This document shows positions 28,369-38,594 of a DNA stretch of 49,420 nt, piece by piece. This DNA is from Desulfonatronovibrionaceae bacterium. GTDB lineage: Bacteria > Desulfobacterota > Desulfovibrionia > Desulfovibrionales > Desulfonatronovibrionaceae. A program made the translations under genes and the position numbers. The stretch is taken from positions 1-49,420 of the forward strand of contig JBKHGE010000014.1 of NCBI GenBank assembly GCA_046539845.1. Direction: 5' to 3'. Below the pieces are notes generated by a model. That model did no database searches. It was not told where the DNA came from and saw only the letters and a program-made list of their open reading frames with translations. How positions within the stretch are numbered: the stretch's first letter is position 1; each line of letters opens with the position of its first letter.

Positions 28369-29988
28369 CTATACCGAGGCCTCCTTAATGGCCCGGGTAA
28401 GCTTTTCCTGGTCTTCCTTGAACAATTTGTAGTTCAAGGAGTCCTCCAGGGCCTGTTTGCTGGCCTCGATGATGTTAAAGGAGACACCCACAGTGATCCA
28501 TTTATTTTTATAATCCCCGGATTCAATCAGCACCCGGACCCTGGAGGCTGTTCCGGAGTATTCGTGGTCCTCGGCAGTGAATACCCGGACCTTGAAATCC
28601 AAAAGATGCATTTCCGAGAGAGAGGGGTAAAAACGTTCCAGGGCCTTGCGCAATGCGTTGTCCAGGGCGTTTACCGGCCCCTTGCCGCTGGCAGCGGTAT
28701 GCTCCAGGATTCCCCCCACCTTAACCATGACCGTAGCCTCGGAGATCGGGGCTTCGTCATGCTCCCGTTCGGTCTCCAGGACCCGGAAGCCCTGCAGGGT
28801 GAAATAGTGGCGGCAGCGGCCAAGGGTCCTGTTCAGAAGCAGTTCAAACGAGGCATCTGCAGCCGCGTATTCGTATCCCTTGCTTTCCAGGTCCTTGAGC
28901 TTGGACAAGAGATCCAGGACAAAGGGGTCATCCTTATCCAAGTGGAATCCGTACTGCCGAGCCTTGAACAGGATGTTGCTCTGCCCGGCCAGATCAGAGA
29001 GCAGGATGCGCTGTTTGTTACCCACCACTTCGGGCCGGATATGTTCGTAGGTCCGGGAGCTCTTACGTACTGCGCTGACGTGGATTCCGCCCTTGTGGGC
29101 AAAAGCGGATTTCCCGGTATATGGCTGGCGGTGGAAGGAACGCAGATTGCAGACCTCGGAGATAAAATGCGAGGTCGGGGTGAGCATGGTCATCTGTTCT
29201 TTGGTGATGGTTTTTTTATCCATCTTGAGCTGCAAAGCGGGGATTATGGAACACAGATTGGCGTTGCCGCAGCGCTCGCCGTAGCCGTTTATGGTCCCCT
29301 GGACATGTTCTATTCCGTGTTCCACCGCGATCAGGCTGTTGGCCACAGCCAATTCGGAGTCGTTGTGGGCGTGGATGCCCAGCCTGACGTCCGGGAGATC
29401 TTTTTTTATCTCTTCGATTATATGGGCGATTTCCGAAGTCAGAGTCCCCCCGTTGGTATCGCAGAGCACGAGCACATCCGCTCCGGCCTGATGCGCCCTT
29501 TTCAGACAGGCCAGGGCGAATTCCGGGTTGTCCTTGAACCCGTCAAACAAATGCTCGGCGTCAAAAAACACCTCCTGGACGTTTTCTTTCAAATAGGCCA
29601 CGGACTGGGCGATCATATCCAGATTGTTTTCGTTCGAGGTCCGCAGGGCCTCTTTTACATGCACGTCCCATGTCTTTCCGAAAATGGTGATGGTGTCGGT
29701 CTGGGCCTGGATCAGGGCCTGCAGATTGGGATCGGATTCCGGTTTGCCGTTTGGGGCGTGCGTACTGCCGAAAGCAGTGATCCTGGAATTTTTCAGGTGG
29801 TAGTTCCGGATTTCCTCGAAGAACTTCTGGTCCGTGGGATTGGAAAGGGGCCAGCCGCCCTCGATATAGTGGATTCCAAGCTCGTCCAGTTTGTGGGTTA
29901 TGCGCAGTTTGTCCTGGGTGGAAAGGTTGACGTCCTCGGCCTGGGTCCCGTCCCGGAGAGTGGTGTCGTAGATACAGATCTTGTCCAT
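28369..29988 (-). CDS. cimA: Citramalate synthase (LeuA-like family)
   Basis: 'YDTTLRDGTQAE', 'FGKTWD', 'FDAEH', 'HAHND', 'GERCGNAN', 'AHKGGIH'; follows lysC. Confidence 0.92.
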   Translation of the reverse strand: MDKICIYDTTLRDGTQAEDVNLSTQDKLRITHKLDELGIHYIEGGWPLSNPTDQKFFEEIRNYHLKNSRITAFGSTHAPNGKPESDPNLQALIQAQTDTITIFGKTWDVHVKEALRTSNENNLDMIAQSVAYLKENVQEVFFDAEHLFDGFKDNPEFALACLKRAHQAGADVLVLCDTNGGTLTSEIAHIIEEIKKDLPDVRLGIHAHNDSELAVANSLIAVEHGIEHVQGTINGYGERCGNANLCSIIPALQLKMDKKTITKEQMTMLTPTSHFISEVCNLRSFHRQPYTGKSAFAHKGGIHVSAVRKSSRTYEHIRPEVVGNKQRILLSDLAGQSNILFKARQYGFHLDKDDPFVLDLLSKLKDLESKGYEYAAADASFELLLNRTLGRCRHYFTLQGFRVLETEREHDEAPISEATVMVKVGGILEHTAASGKGPVNALDNALRKALERFYPSLSEMHLLDFKVRVFTAEDHEYSGTASRVRVLIESGDYKNKWITVGVSFNIIEASKQALEDSLNYKLFKEDQEKLTRAIKEASV

Positions 29989-29990
29989 GG

Positions 29991-31232
29991 CTATTCCGTT
30001 GCGTCTTTGATTTGTGGGGCGTGGTTGAGTCCGAACGCCTCGTGCAGGGTGCGGACCGCCAGTTCAGTGTATTTGGCCTCAATCAGACAGGATATTTTTA
30101 TCTCCGAGGTACTTATGATCAAAATATTTATGTTCTCGTTCTTCAAGGCGGAGAAGGCAATGGAGGCCACCCCGGCATGGTTGCGCATACCCACGCCGAT
30201 GACCGAGACTTTGGCCACCTGCTTGTCTCGAATGATCTCCCGGGCCCCTATTTCTTCCTTGAGGCTGTCCAGGATTTGTCCGGTTTCCTCCAGGTTGCCC
30301 CGGGGCACGGTAAAGGTCATGTCCGTGCGCCCTTCCCGGCTCGGATTTTGAACGATCATGTCCACCACAATATTGGCTGCGGAAAGGGGGCCGAAAATGC
30401 GTGCGGCAACCCCCGGCTCGTCATATACATCCACTAGGGTGACCAGTGCCTGATCTTTGTCATAGGCCACTCCGGAAACCATTGCGGATTCCATCTCTTC
30501 ATCCTCCTGTGTAACTAATGTCCCCGAGTTATTGCTGAATGTGGATTTGACCATTATCGGGACATGGTATTTTTTGGCGAATTCCACGGATCTTATTTGC
30601 AGCACCTTGGCTCCCATGCTGGCCATCTCCAGCATCTCGTCATAGGATATTTTGGAGATCTTGTGTGCATCCGGGCAGATGTTCGGATCCGTGGTGAACA
30701 CCCCCTCCACGTCCGTATATATCTCGCACACTTCGGCTTCAATTGCCGAGGCTATGGCTACGGCCGTTGTATCCGATCCTCCCCGGCCCAGAGTGGTCAG
30801 CCTTTCTTCGCAGTCCGCTCCCTGGAACCCGGCCACCACGAAGATATCATAATTGTCCAGGTGTTTGAAAAAGTTATCTTTGTTTATATCTAGGATCCTG
30901 GCCCTCCCAAAATCCCGGTCGGTGCGGATCGGGATCTGGTGCCCCAGAAACGAGCGGGCCTTTATACCGTATTTGTGCAAGAGCATGGTAAAAAGGGCCA
31001 CTGATGTCTGCTCCCCGGTGGTGAGCAAAACGTCCGTCTCTGCCGGGTCCGGATTGTCGTTCCAGGCCCGGGCCATGTCCAGAAGGCGGTTGGTTTCCCC
31101 GGACATGGCGGAAAGGACCACAATGACTTTTTGACCCTTCTTTAGGGTGGAAAGGACCTTGTCTTTGACCTTTTCCATGCATTCCAGATTGGCTACGGAT
31201 GTTCCCCCGTATTTCTGGACCACTATCTGCAT
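29991..31232 (-). CDS. lysC: Aspartate kinase
   Basis: 'VQKYGGTSV', 'AGFQG', 'TLGRGGSDTTA', two ACT domains, 'ISTSEIKIS'. Confidence 0.97.
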   Translation of the reverse strand: MQIVVQKYGGTSVANLECMEKVKDKVLSTLKKGQKVIVVLSAMSGETNRLLDMARAWNDNPDPAETDVLLTTGEQTSVALFTMLLHKYGIKARSFLGHQIPIRTDRDFGRARILDINKDNFFKHLDNYDIFVVAGFQGADCEERLTTLGRGGSDTTAVAIASAIEAEVCEIYTDVEGVFTTDPNICPDAHKISKISYDEMLEMASMGAKVLQIRSVEFAKKYHVPIMVKSTFSNNSGTLVTQEDEEMESAMVSGVAYDKDQALVTLVDVYDEPGVAARIFGPLSAANIVVDMIVQNPSREGRTDMTFTVPRGNLEETGQILDSLKEEIGAREIIRDKQVAKVSVIGVGMRNHAGVASIAFSALKNENINILIISTSEIKISCLIEAKYTELAVRTLHEAFGLNHAPQIKDATE

Positions 31233-31738
31233 CGAGGTTCCTCCTGAAAAGATATATCGGATTCCCGGGCCAAGGATGCCAAACAGGCTAACAGATCCGC
31301 CTGCTCACCTTCAATTGTCAATTCCCGGCCCAGGGGGCGGATATTAAAAGTTAAGTAAAGCCTGTTTTTAGGTAAAAGGCTTTTTAAAAGCCGGTTCCCC
31401 CATTCCACGAGCAAAAGCTTGAAACCGGGATCAATGATTTCTTCCTCCAGATCCGGGTCCAGTCCGGAATGCTCCAAACGGTACAAATCGAAATGGGCCA
31501 CCTCTGGACGAGTGGGATAGTAATTGACCAGATTAAAGCTCGGACTGCTGACTTCGGCCTTATCCCCGCCGGGGAGCCGGATCACCAATTCGCGGACAAA
31601 GGTGGTCTTGCCGGCTCCGAGCTCACCCTGCAAAAGGATAACCGGGCAGATCTTCATCCCGGACAGGCAGCGGGAAAACACCGAGGCGGCCCAAGCAGTC
31701 TGTTCCGGGTCGTCGAGGGCAAAGCAGAGCGAGGGCAT
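31223..31738 (-). CDS. tsaE: tRNA t6A biosynthesis ATPase TsaE
   Basis: 'GELGAGKTTF', 'VSSPSF', 'HFDLYRL', 'VEW'. Confidence 0.95.
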   Translation of the reverse strand: MPSLCFALDDPEQTAWAASVFSRCLSGMKICPVILLQGELGAGKTTFVRELVIRLPGGDKAEVSSPSFNLVNYYPTRPEVAHFDLYRLEHSGLDPDLEEEIIDPGFKLLLVEWGNRLLKSLLPKNRLYLTFNIRPLGRELTIEGEQADLLACLASLARESDISFQEEPRCR

Positions 31739-32187
31739 TATTTGTACAGGGTCCGCAATACGTCTTCCTTGCCGATTACTCCCACCAATTCGCCGTTGTC
31801 CACCACCGGCAGGGTGTGGAACTTGTTGTCCGCCATAAGCTGGGCAACTTCCTCCACCGAAGTCTCCGGGGCCACGCTGACCGGGTCGGAAGTCATGGCC
31901 TGGTCCACAGTAGAGGCGGTCATTTTTTCCACTTCCTTCTCCATGCGCGATAGGGAACTCAGGGGCAGTATGCCGTCTAGCAGGGTGAATACGGTGGGCA
32001 GGGGGAATTTTTTCTGCATGGCCACCAGATCGCTCTGAGTGAGAATGCCTACCAGAGTATTGTCCCGGTCTGTCACCGGCACGCCGTTTATATGTTCCTC
32101 AAGAAGTAGTTTAGCCACCCGGCCTATATCCTCGTCCGGATGGGCTGTTATGGGGTCGGTGGTCATGATGTCCCTGACTTTAAGCAT
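31738..32187 (-). CDS. CBS domain pair protein
   Basis: 'VRDIMTTDP', 'GVPVTD', 'AMTSDP', 'LPVVDNGELVGVI'. Confidence 0.92.
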   Translation of the reverse strand: MLKVRDIMTTDPITAHPDEDIGRVAKLLLEEHINGVPVTDRDNTLVGILTQSDLVAMQKKFPLPTVFTLLDGILPLSSLSRMEKEVEKMTASTVDQAMTSDPVSVAPETSVEEVAQLMADNKFHTLPVVDNGELVGVIGKEDVLRTLYK

Positions 32188-33727
32188 CCTTTGCCTCCGC
32201 AAGGGTTTTGGGCAGTGTATGCGCTATTTCCTGGGCGGTATTGCCCCGATAGGGATATTTCTTTTGTAGTATGTTCCCGGTCAGTCCGTGCCAGTAGACG
32301 GCGATGGATGCCGCCTGCAGTGAGCTGTAGCCCCTGGCCATTAGGCTCCCGGTCATGCCGGCCAGGACGTCTCCCGCGCCTCCCAGGGCCAGATTGGGCA
32401 CTGCGAACGGGGAGATGAAAAACGGATGTCTCGGAGCAGCTACTATGGTCCCGGCTCCTTTGAGGATCAATTTGGATTGGAATTCGTTAATAAATTTTTG
32501 GGCATATCCGGCCCGGTCCATATTGATATCCACGGAAGAGACCCCGAAGAATCTGGCCATTTCGCCGGGATGGGGCGTAAAGATCACGTCTGTTTTGTCC
32601 TTTACATACTCGAATAGGCTGTGGTCGTTAGCGAAAAAATACAAAGCGTCTGCATCAAACACGGTTTTGGGATGCATCTCCCTTAGGTAGGCAATAAGGG
32701 CCTGCCTGGAAGATTCTCCACGTCCCAGTCCGGGTCCGAAAACAACCGCATCCGCCCTGGAGACTGCATCCGGGATGATCCCGGCGGCATTTTCCTCCCA
32801 GCTGTCTGTGTCTCCGGCCGGGAGAATCATTATATCCGGCCAACCGGCCTTTACTTCCGAAGCGAGCCGGCCAGGACAGGCGATGGTGGTCAGCCCGGCC
32901 CCGGATCTGACCGCCCCCAGAGCGGAGAGCATGGGCGCACCGGTCAAGCCGGGGGAGCCGCCAAAGACAACCACGTGGCCGGCATCGCCCTTGTGCATGG
33001 TCTTTTGTGGCCGCTGGATAAGGTGCATGATCTTCGCGGTCAGAGCGAAGTGGGTCGGAGGGTGGTCCTGTTTTATTTTTCTGGGAATTCCGATCTTGCC
33101 CACATGCAGGTGGCCCACGTAATCATTGGCCGGGGGCAGGGCCAGTCCCAGCTTGGGTTCCTCAAAGGTTACAGTGGCGTCGGCCCGGACCGCGGTGTCC
33201 GAGGGTTCTCCGGTTACCCCATTGATACCCGAGGGGATGTCCAAAGAAAAGATGTAGCTTCTGGATTTGAGCTTGTTGATGCTCTTTATCCAGGCCCTGA
33301 ATTCCGGGCGCAGACTGCCGTTGAACCCGGTGCCCAAAAGCCCGTCCACGATTATGTCCACATGTTTGAGAAAGTCGAGGTTGTAGTCCGGGAGGTACAT
33401 TAAAGTGACACCCATTTTCTCCAGAAGGGACAGGTGATAGGCCGAGGTTTTGCCGTAGCTTTCCTTCTTCTTGGCGTAGAGGACCATGACCGTGACCTCG
33501 TGGTTGGCCAGATGCCTGGCCAGGGCAAAGGCATCTCCGCCGTTGTTCCCGGAGCCGGCGAAAACCAAAGCGGATTTATCCTTCAGGGATCCAAAACGGT
33601 TTTTTAGAAAATTCAGGGCCTCACGGCTGGCGTTTTCCATCAGTATTTCCGGAAGGATCCCGAATTCTTTGATGGTTTTTTTGTCCCAAAGGGACATCTC
33701 CCGGGGGGTTGGTAGAGGATCGTGCAT
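32180..33727 (-). CDS. nnr: Bifunctional NAD(P)HX epimerase/dehydratase
   Basis: 'LMENA', 'GSGNNGGD', 'DGLLGTG', 'DIPSG', 'HKGDAG', 'GPGLG', 'TPHPGE', 'GGAGDVLAG'. Confidence 0.96.
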   Translation of the reverse strand: MHDPLPTPREMSLWDKKTIKEFGILPEILMENASREALNFLKNRFGSLKDKSALVFAGSGNNGGDAFALARHLANHEVTVMVLYAKKKESYGKTSAYHLSLLEKMGVTLMYLPDYNLDFLKHVDIIVDGLLGTGFNGSLRPEFRAWIKSINKLKSRSYIFSLDIPSGINGVTGEPSDTAVRADATVTFEEPKLGLALPPANDYVGHLHVGKIGIPRKIKQDHPPTHFALTAKIMHLIQRPQKTMHKGDAGHVVVFGGSPGLTGAPMLSALGAVRSGAGLTTIACPGRLASEVKAGWPDIMILPAGDTDSWEENAAGIIPDAVSRADAVVFGPGLGRGESSRQALIAYLREMHPKTVFDADALYFFANDHSLFEYVKDKTDVIFTPHPGEMARFFGVSSVDINMDRAGYAQKFINEFQSKLILKGAGTIVAAPRHPFFISPFAVPNLALGGAGDVLAGMTGSLMARGYSSLQAASIAVYWHGLTGNILQKKYPYRGNTAQEIAHTLPKTLAEAKDA

Positions 33728-33763
33728 GGCTCTTTTTAGTCTTGCGGGTTTGCAGATTAAAAG

Positions 33764-34138
33764 TCAGTCCTTTTCCACAATGACCACGGCTACGCTGCTG
33801 TCCCGGCCGTGGGAGATGGACACGTGGGCAGTGCTTGCCCCTAGTGCCCTGAATGCGTCCCCGGCCCGCCCATGCAGCCGGAGGACGGGCTTACCGGACG
33901 GCGTGGTGCTTATTTCAATCTCCCGGCAGGAAATTCCAGCGGAGAATCCAGTACCCAAGGCCTTAACCGCTGCTTCCTTGACCGCAAATCTGGAGGCCAG
34001 GAACTCGGCGCTGGGTTTCTTGCCGGACTCGAGTTCGCCTGGAGCGAGGATCTTCTCTGCGAAACGGTTTCCGAAGCGCTCCCAGGAGCGGCTTATCCGG
34101 CGGTTTTCCACTATATCTATGCCTATTCCGAGTATCAT
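33764..34138 (-). CDS. acpS: Holo-ACP synthase
   Basis: 'GIGIDIVE', 'RFAVKEAAVKALGTG', 'GKP', 'VSISH'. Confidence 0.96.
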   Translation of the reverse strand: MILGIGIDIVENRRISRSWERFGNRFAEKILAPGELESGKKPSAEFLASRFAVKEAAVKALGTGFSAGISCREIEISTTPSGKPVLRLHGRAGDAFRALGASTAHVSISHGRDSSVAVVIVEKD

Positions 34139-34165
34139 TGCGGACCTGGGTATAAAAAAGCGGTT

Positions 34166-34891
34166 CTAGTCCACAAACCCGGAGATGAGGGCGGCCATAT
34201 CCGAGACAGCTTTGTCCATCCCGACCAGGGCGGCCCTGGAAATTATACTGTGCCCTATCGAATATTCGTGGATTCCGGGCGTGTCCGCAAAGGCCTTTAT
34301 ATTATGATAGTCAAGGCCGTGTCCGAGATTGACCCGGAGTCCGGAGGCCTGCGCCTTTTGCACCCCGTCCTTGATTTTGTCCAGTTCCCTGAGTCTGACC
34401 TCCTGATCCTGGGCGTCCGCAAAATGTCCGGTGTGGATCTCTATGTAATCCGCGCCGATGGCTGTGGCCGCCTCTATCTGCTCTGGCTCGGCGTCTATAA
34501 ACAGGCTGGTTTTGATCTTGGGTTTGAAAAAAGGACGGATGAAATCCCGCAATTGTTCGATACGCGAGGCGCAGTCCAGCCCCCCTTCGGTGGTCAGTTC
34601 CTCCCGTTTCTCTGGCACCAGACAGACCATGTGCGGCCGGACCTCCAGGGCTATGCCCTGCATCTCCCCGGTAGCGGCCATCTCCAGATGCAGTCCGGTC
34701 TTTAGGGTCTGGCCTAGAATGAATACGTCCCGGTCTTGGATATGCCTGCGGTCTTCGCGCAGGTGGACAATTATGCCATCCGCTCCGGATAGCTCCGCTA
34801 TATGGGCCGCGGTTACCGGATCCGGCTCCTTCCCCAGTCTGGCCTGACGCAGGGTGGCTATATGATCGACATTGACTATGAGTGCGGGCAT
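34166..34891 (-). CDS. pdxJ: Pyridoxine 5'-phosphate synthase
   Basis: '[13 protein letters not shown]', 'HLREDRRHI', 'LTTEGG', 'GHGL'; ATG at 34891 after AGGAGG. Confidence 0.97.
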   Translation of the reverse strand: MPALIVNVDHIATLRQARLGKEPDPVTAAHIAELSGADGIIVHLREDRRHIQDRDVFILGQTLKTGLHLEMAATGEMQGIALEVRPHMVCLVPEKREELTTEGGLDCASRIEQLRDFIRPFFKPKIKTSLFIDAEPEQIEAATAIGADYIEIHTGHFADAQDQEVRLRELDKIKDGVQKAQASGLRVNLGHGLDYHNIKAFADTPGIHEYSIGHSIISRAALVGMDKAVSDMAALISGFVD

Positions 34892-35261
34892 TTTTCCTCC
34901 TAGCCTAAAAACTTTTTCAATTTCCCTTACTGATTTTGAAAAGTCAAGGGAAACAGTGGGTAGAGATAAACGTGGGCCTTTTCTTGCTGACAGACCTTTC
35001 AAGGTAAAACGAAGCTCGGCCGGAGGGGGTGCAATTTTAAAGCCCGGGATTGGGAGTAGCAGTTGAAATTTATTCCTGTATCTGCAATAAATAATTAAAC
35101 TGGCCTTAACCCGTGCGCCCTTTTTATCCAAAGCGCTTGTTTTTTTATGGTTTACTTGGCCCAGGATAGGGGTTATTTTTCAAGCGATTGTTTATATGTT
35201 TTCCTTTTGTTTTCCAGGGTAGAATCCGGATTTGGGAACAGCCCGGAAAGAGTTTTGAGCA

Positions 35262-35314
35262 AGGGCAGGGAGTTTTTGTCTGCAGCAGAGGGTGTGTCTT
35301 CAGGGCAGGGAGTT
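35262..35314 (+). repeat. 13-bp direct repeat AGGGCAGGGAGTT, two copies, 40-bp period
   Basis: Identical copies at 35262-35274 and 35302-35314, each followed within a few nt by TCTGC. Confidence 0.8.
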
Positions 35315-35414
35315 ATATCTGCGGTTTTCCGCGGGCCGGGATGCAGACAGGTATCGCCGGGGTTGATTGCGCCTGCGACCCTTTGCCGGCCGGCGATGGT
35401 GTAAGGAGAGAGCT

Positions 35415-36572
35415 ATGAAATCTTCCGAATTGCGCAAATTTGTGGCCCCGGAGTTTGTCTACGGGGAGAAGGCCCGTCTTTTGGCCGGCAATTATGTGCA
35501 CAATCTGGGTGTGGAAAAGATAATGCTGGTCTCCGACCCCGGGGTGGTTCGGGCCGGCTGGACCGGAGAAGTCCTGGACAGCCTGCGCGGGGCGGGGATA
35601 GACTGTGAATTTTTTGATCATGTCCAACCAAATCCCAGGGAAGAACAGGTAATGCACGGGGCGGATGTCTATAAATCCTCCGGGTGCGAGGCGATTGTGG
35701 CCGTAGGTGGAGGCAGTCCCATGGACTGCGCCAAGGGCATTGGCATTGTGGTCTCCAATAAACAGCACATCTTGGATTTTGAGGGTGTGGATAATGTCAA
35801 GGTCCCTTCCCCGCCTTTGATCTGTATCCCCACCACCGCCGGAAGCGCGGCTGATGTCTCCCAGTTCGCGATCATAACCGACTCCGAGCGCCGGGTAAAG
35901 ATTTCCATCGTCAGCAAGGCCTTGGTCCCAGATCTGGCCCTTATTGACCCGGAGACAACCACAACCATGGATCGGGATCTTACCGTGGCCACGGCCATGG
36001 ATGCCTTGACCCACGCCATGGAAGCCTATGTGTCCTCGGCTCGTTTTTCGATCACTGACGTGCATGCCCTTAAAGCCATAGGGTTTGTGCACGGCAATCT
36101 GGAGGCCGTGGTCAATGACCCGGGAAATATCGAAATCCGGGACCGGATAATGCTGGCCTGTCTGCATGCCGGGCTGGCCTTTTCCAATGCCATTCTGGGG
36201 GCTGTACACGCTATGGCCCACAGCCTGGGCGGGTATTTGGATTTTGCCCACGGCGACTGCAATGCTTTGCTTTTAGACAGTGTTGTTTATTATAATTTTG
36301 CCGCAGTCCCGGAGCGCTACCGGGATATAGCCCGGGAAATGGGCATAGATACCTTTGAAAAAAGTGATCACTCTGTCCGGGATAAACTGACCGGGGAAAT
36401 TGTCCGTCTGCGGCAAAGGGCGGGGATGGACAAGACTTTGTCCACCCTGGGGCTAGATGCCGAGGACATCCCGGCCTTAGCCCGAATGGCGATGCAGGAC
36501 GCCTGTATGTTGACCAATCCCCGGGAACTAAACGTAGCAGAGGTGGAAGAGATATATGCCCGGGCGCTTTAA
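35415..36572 (+). CDS. Iron-containing alcohol dehydrogenase-like protein, ErcA type
   Basis: 'LRKFVAPEFVYG' N-terminus, 'GGGSPMD', 'PTTAGS', metal ligands 'DALTH' and 'HAMAH..HG'; overlaps a kinase gene. Confidence 0.9.
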   Translation: MKSSELRKFVAPEFVYGEKARLLAGNYVHNLGVEKIMLVSDPGVVRAGWTGEVLDSLRGAGIDCEFFDHVQPNPREEQVMHGADVYKSSGCEAIVAVGGGSPMDCAKGIGIVVSNKQHILDFEGVDNVKVPSPPLICIPTTAGSAADVSQFAIITDSERRVKISIVSKALVPDLALIDPETTTTMDRDLTVATAMDALTHAMEAYVSSARFSITDVHALKAIGFVHGNLEAVVNDPGNIEIRDRIMLACLHAGLAFSNAILGAVHAMAHSLGGYLDFAHGDCNALLLDSVVYYNFAAVPERYRDIAREMGIDTFEKSDHSVRDKLTGEIVRLRQRAGMDKTLSTLGLDAEDIPALARMAMQDACMLTNPRELNVAEVEEIYARAL

Positions 36573-38541
36573 AAATAGACAAAAAGAGCTCCACGATCGG
36601 CTGATCGGGCTGGGCCCGGATTCCATGCAAAAGACCTATTATCCGGAGCTTATGTCCAAGGTCCAAGAGCTTAAGCGATTCCGGGATATGCTGGATCATA
36701 TAAACGATTTGATCCTGCTCGTGGATCTGCCACAGGGCCGTATCTTTGATTTGAATGCCACCGCGCTCAGCGTGCTTGGATATACGGCCGAGGAGCTCAA
36801 GGATCTGAATCTTTCGGATATATTCGACGAGCAGGTCATGGATAAAATAAACTCCTGTCTTGTTTCCGAAGAGGACCGGGGGGCTGTTTTGGACGTGGAG
36901 CTCGTCACCCGGGAACAGGAAAGGATTTCCGCCCAGCTGACCTGCAACGTGGTCCGGGAGAACAAGGATCATGTGGGCATTTTGGTTGTCCGGGACGTAA
37001 CCGATGCGGTCCGGGCCCGGGACGCTTTCCTACGTCAGCGCGTGTATTTCTCCCAGATTTTTGCCAACGCCCCGGTGGGGATCGCGCTCCTGGACAGAAA
37101 CAGCTTGGTTATGGACGTAAACAGCTGTTTTGAGACCATGTTCGGCTACAGCCGGGAGGAGTTGGTGGGCAAGGACCTGGATGCGGTCCTGGCCCCGGGC
37201 CAGCGATTTGAACTGGCCCGGGAATTTACCCGCAAAGTGGATAGCGGCGAACGGGTGGCCGGAGAGGCCAAAAGGAAATGCAAGGACGGCAGTCTTTTGC
37301 AGGTCAGGCTGCAAGGCTTTCCCATATATATCCGGGACAAGGTCAGCGGGGTGATAGCCCTGTATGAGGACATCACCGAGAAAAAGCGCCTGGAGCAGGA
37401 ACTCATAAAGAGCGAGAAGCTTGAGTCCATCGCCCTCTTGGCCGGGGGCATAGCCCATGACTTCAACAATCTTCTGGCCGGGATAATGGCCAATATTTCT
37501 CTGGTCCGCTATTATGAGCGGAGCAACAAACAGGTTTTGTCCGTTTTGACCAAGGCGGAGAACGCCTGCCTGCGGGCCAGGGACATGACTCAGCAGCTGT
37601 TGACCTTTTCCAAGGGCGGAGAGCCGGTGCGTAGAGTATTCCACTGGGAAGGGCCCCTGCGCCAGACTGTGGAATTCTCCCTGACCGGTTCCGATGTGTC
37701 CTGTACCCTGGATATTCAGGAGGGGCTTCGCCCCCTGCAGGCTGATCATGGCCAGATCAATCAGGTGGTGCAAAATCTGGTGATAAACGCAGTGCAGTCC
37801 ATGCCCGGCGGGGGTGAGCTGATAGTCCGGGCCGAGAATGCGGATATCGGAGAAGAGACCATGCTTCCCCTGGAGCCCGGGAAGTATGTGCTCCTCAAGG
37901 TCAGTGACAACGGCGTGGGCATCCCGGCCGAGGCCCAGGAACGCATATTTGATCCGTATTACTCCACCAAGGAGGGCGGAACCGGCCTGGGATTGGCCAT
38001 TGTCTTTTCCATTGTCAACAAGCACGGCGGATGGATTCAGGTCTTTTCCGAGCAGGGCCGGGGCACGGATTTTTATGTCTATCTCCCGGCCGCGGATGAA
38101 CTTGAGACTGAAGTTCAAAAAGGGGAGTCGGACCAAGAGGGCCGGGAATGGGAAAAGGCCAGACTCCTTTTTATGGACGATGAAAAGGAATTGGTCGAGG
38201 TCACGGTCAGTCTCCTGGAAGAGTTGGGATACGAGGTGGTTCCTGTGTCCCACGGACAGGAGGCGATTGAGGAGTATGCCAAGGCTTTTTCCGGGGGAGA
38301 GAAGTTCGATGTGGTGATCATGGATCTGACCGTCCCGGGCAGGATGGGCGGCCGCGAGGCCATGGAGGCTTTGCTCCGGCTGGATCCGGAAGTACGGGCC
38401 ATTGCCTCCAGCGGGTATTCCAGTGATCCGGTGATGTCCAGGTTCGCGGATTTTGGATTTAAGGCGGCCCTAGTCAAACCGTACAAAATTGAAGAGCTGG
38501 ACGCCCTTATCCAGAAAGTGATCGCCGCTGATCAGGAGTGA
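36556..38541 (+). CDS. Soluble PAS-PAS hybrid sensor histidine kinase with receiver domain, ErcS-like N-terminus
   Basis: 'LIGLGPDSMQKTYYPEL', two PAS domains, H-box 'AHDFNNLL', 'DNGVG', 'GTGLGL', REC 'MDD..IMD..KPY'; no TM segment. Confidence 0.93.
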   Translation: MPGRFKNRQKELHDRLIGLGPDSMQKTYYPELMSKVQELKRFRDMLDHINDLILLVDLPQGRIFDLNATALSVLGYTAEELKDLNLSDIFDEQVMDKINSCLVSEEDRGAVLDVELVTREQERISAQLTCNVVRENKDHVGILVVRDVTDAVRARDAFLRQRVYFSQIFANAPVGIALLDRNSLVMDVNSCFETMFGYSREELVGKDLDAVLAPGQRFELAREFTRKVDSGERVAGEAKRKCKDGSLLQVRLQGFPIYIRDKVSGVIALYEDITEKKRLEQELIKSEKLESIALLAGGIAHDFNNLLAGIMANISLVRYYERSNKQVLSVLTKAENACLRARDMTQQLLTFSKGGEPVRRVFHWEGPLRQTVEFSLTGSDVSCTLDIQEGLRPLQADHGQINQVVQNLVINAVQSMPGGGELIVRAENADIGEETMLPLEPGKYVLLKVSDNGVGIPAEAQERIFDPYYSTKEGGTGLGLAIVFSIVNKHGGWIQVFSEQGRGTDFYVYLPAADELETEVQKGESDQEGREWEKARLLFMDDEKELVEVTVSLLEELGYEVVPVSHGQEAIEEYAKAFSGGEKFDVVIMDLTVPGRMGGREAMEALLRLDPEVRAIASSGYSSDPVMSRFADFGFKAALVKPYKIEELDALIQKVIAADQE

Positions 38542-38594
38542 TCTTTAATTGTTTGTCTCCTGTTCTGCGGCCTAAAGGTATAGAAGGAGGGAGT

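Noticed and set aside
28564..30351. Long antisense ORFs (this 595-aa one; also 5464-6435, 11734-12798, 37030-38253, 43245-44189)
   Set aside because: Shadows of well-supported opposite-strand genes in GC-rich DNA; no recognisable motifs
34892..35131. 80-aa N-terminal extension of PdxJ in the ORF track (similar extensions on Rel, HslU, HslV, RsbW, rhomboid)
   Set aside because: Downstream starts match the family N-termini and mostly have an SD or a stop-start overlap; the extensions are ORF-caller artefacts
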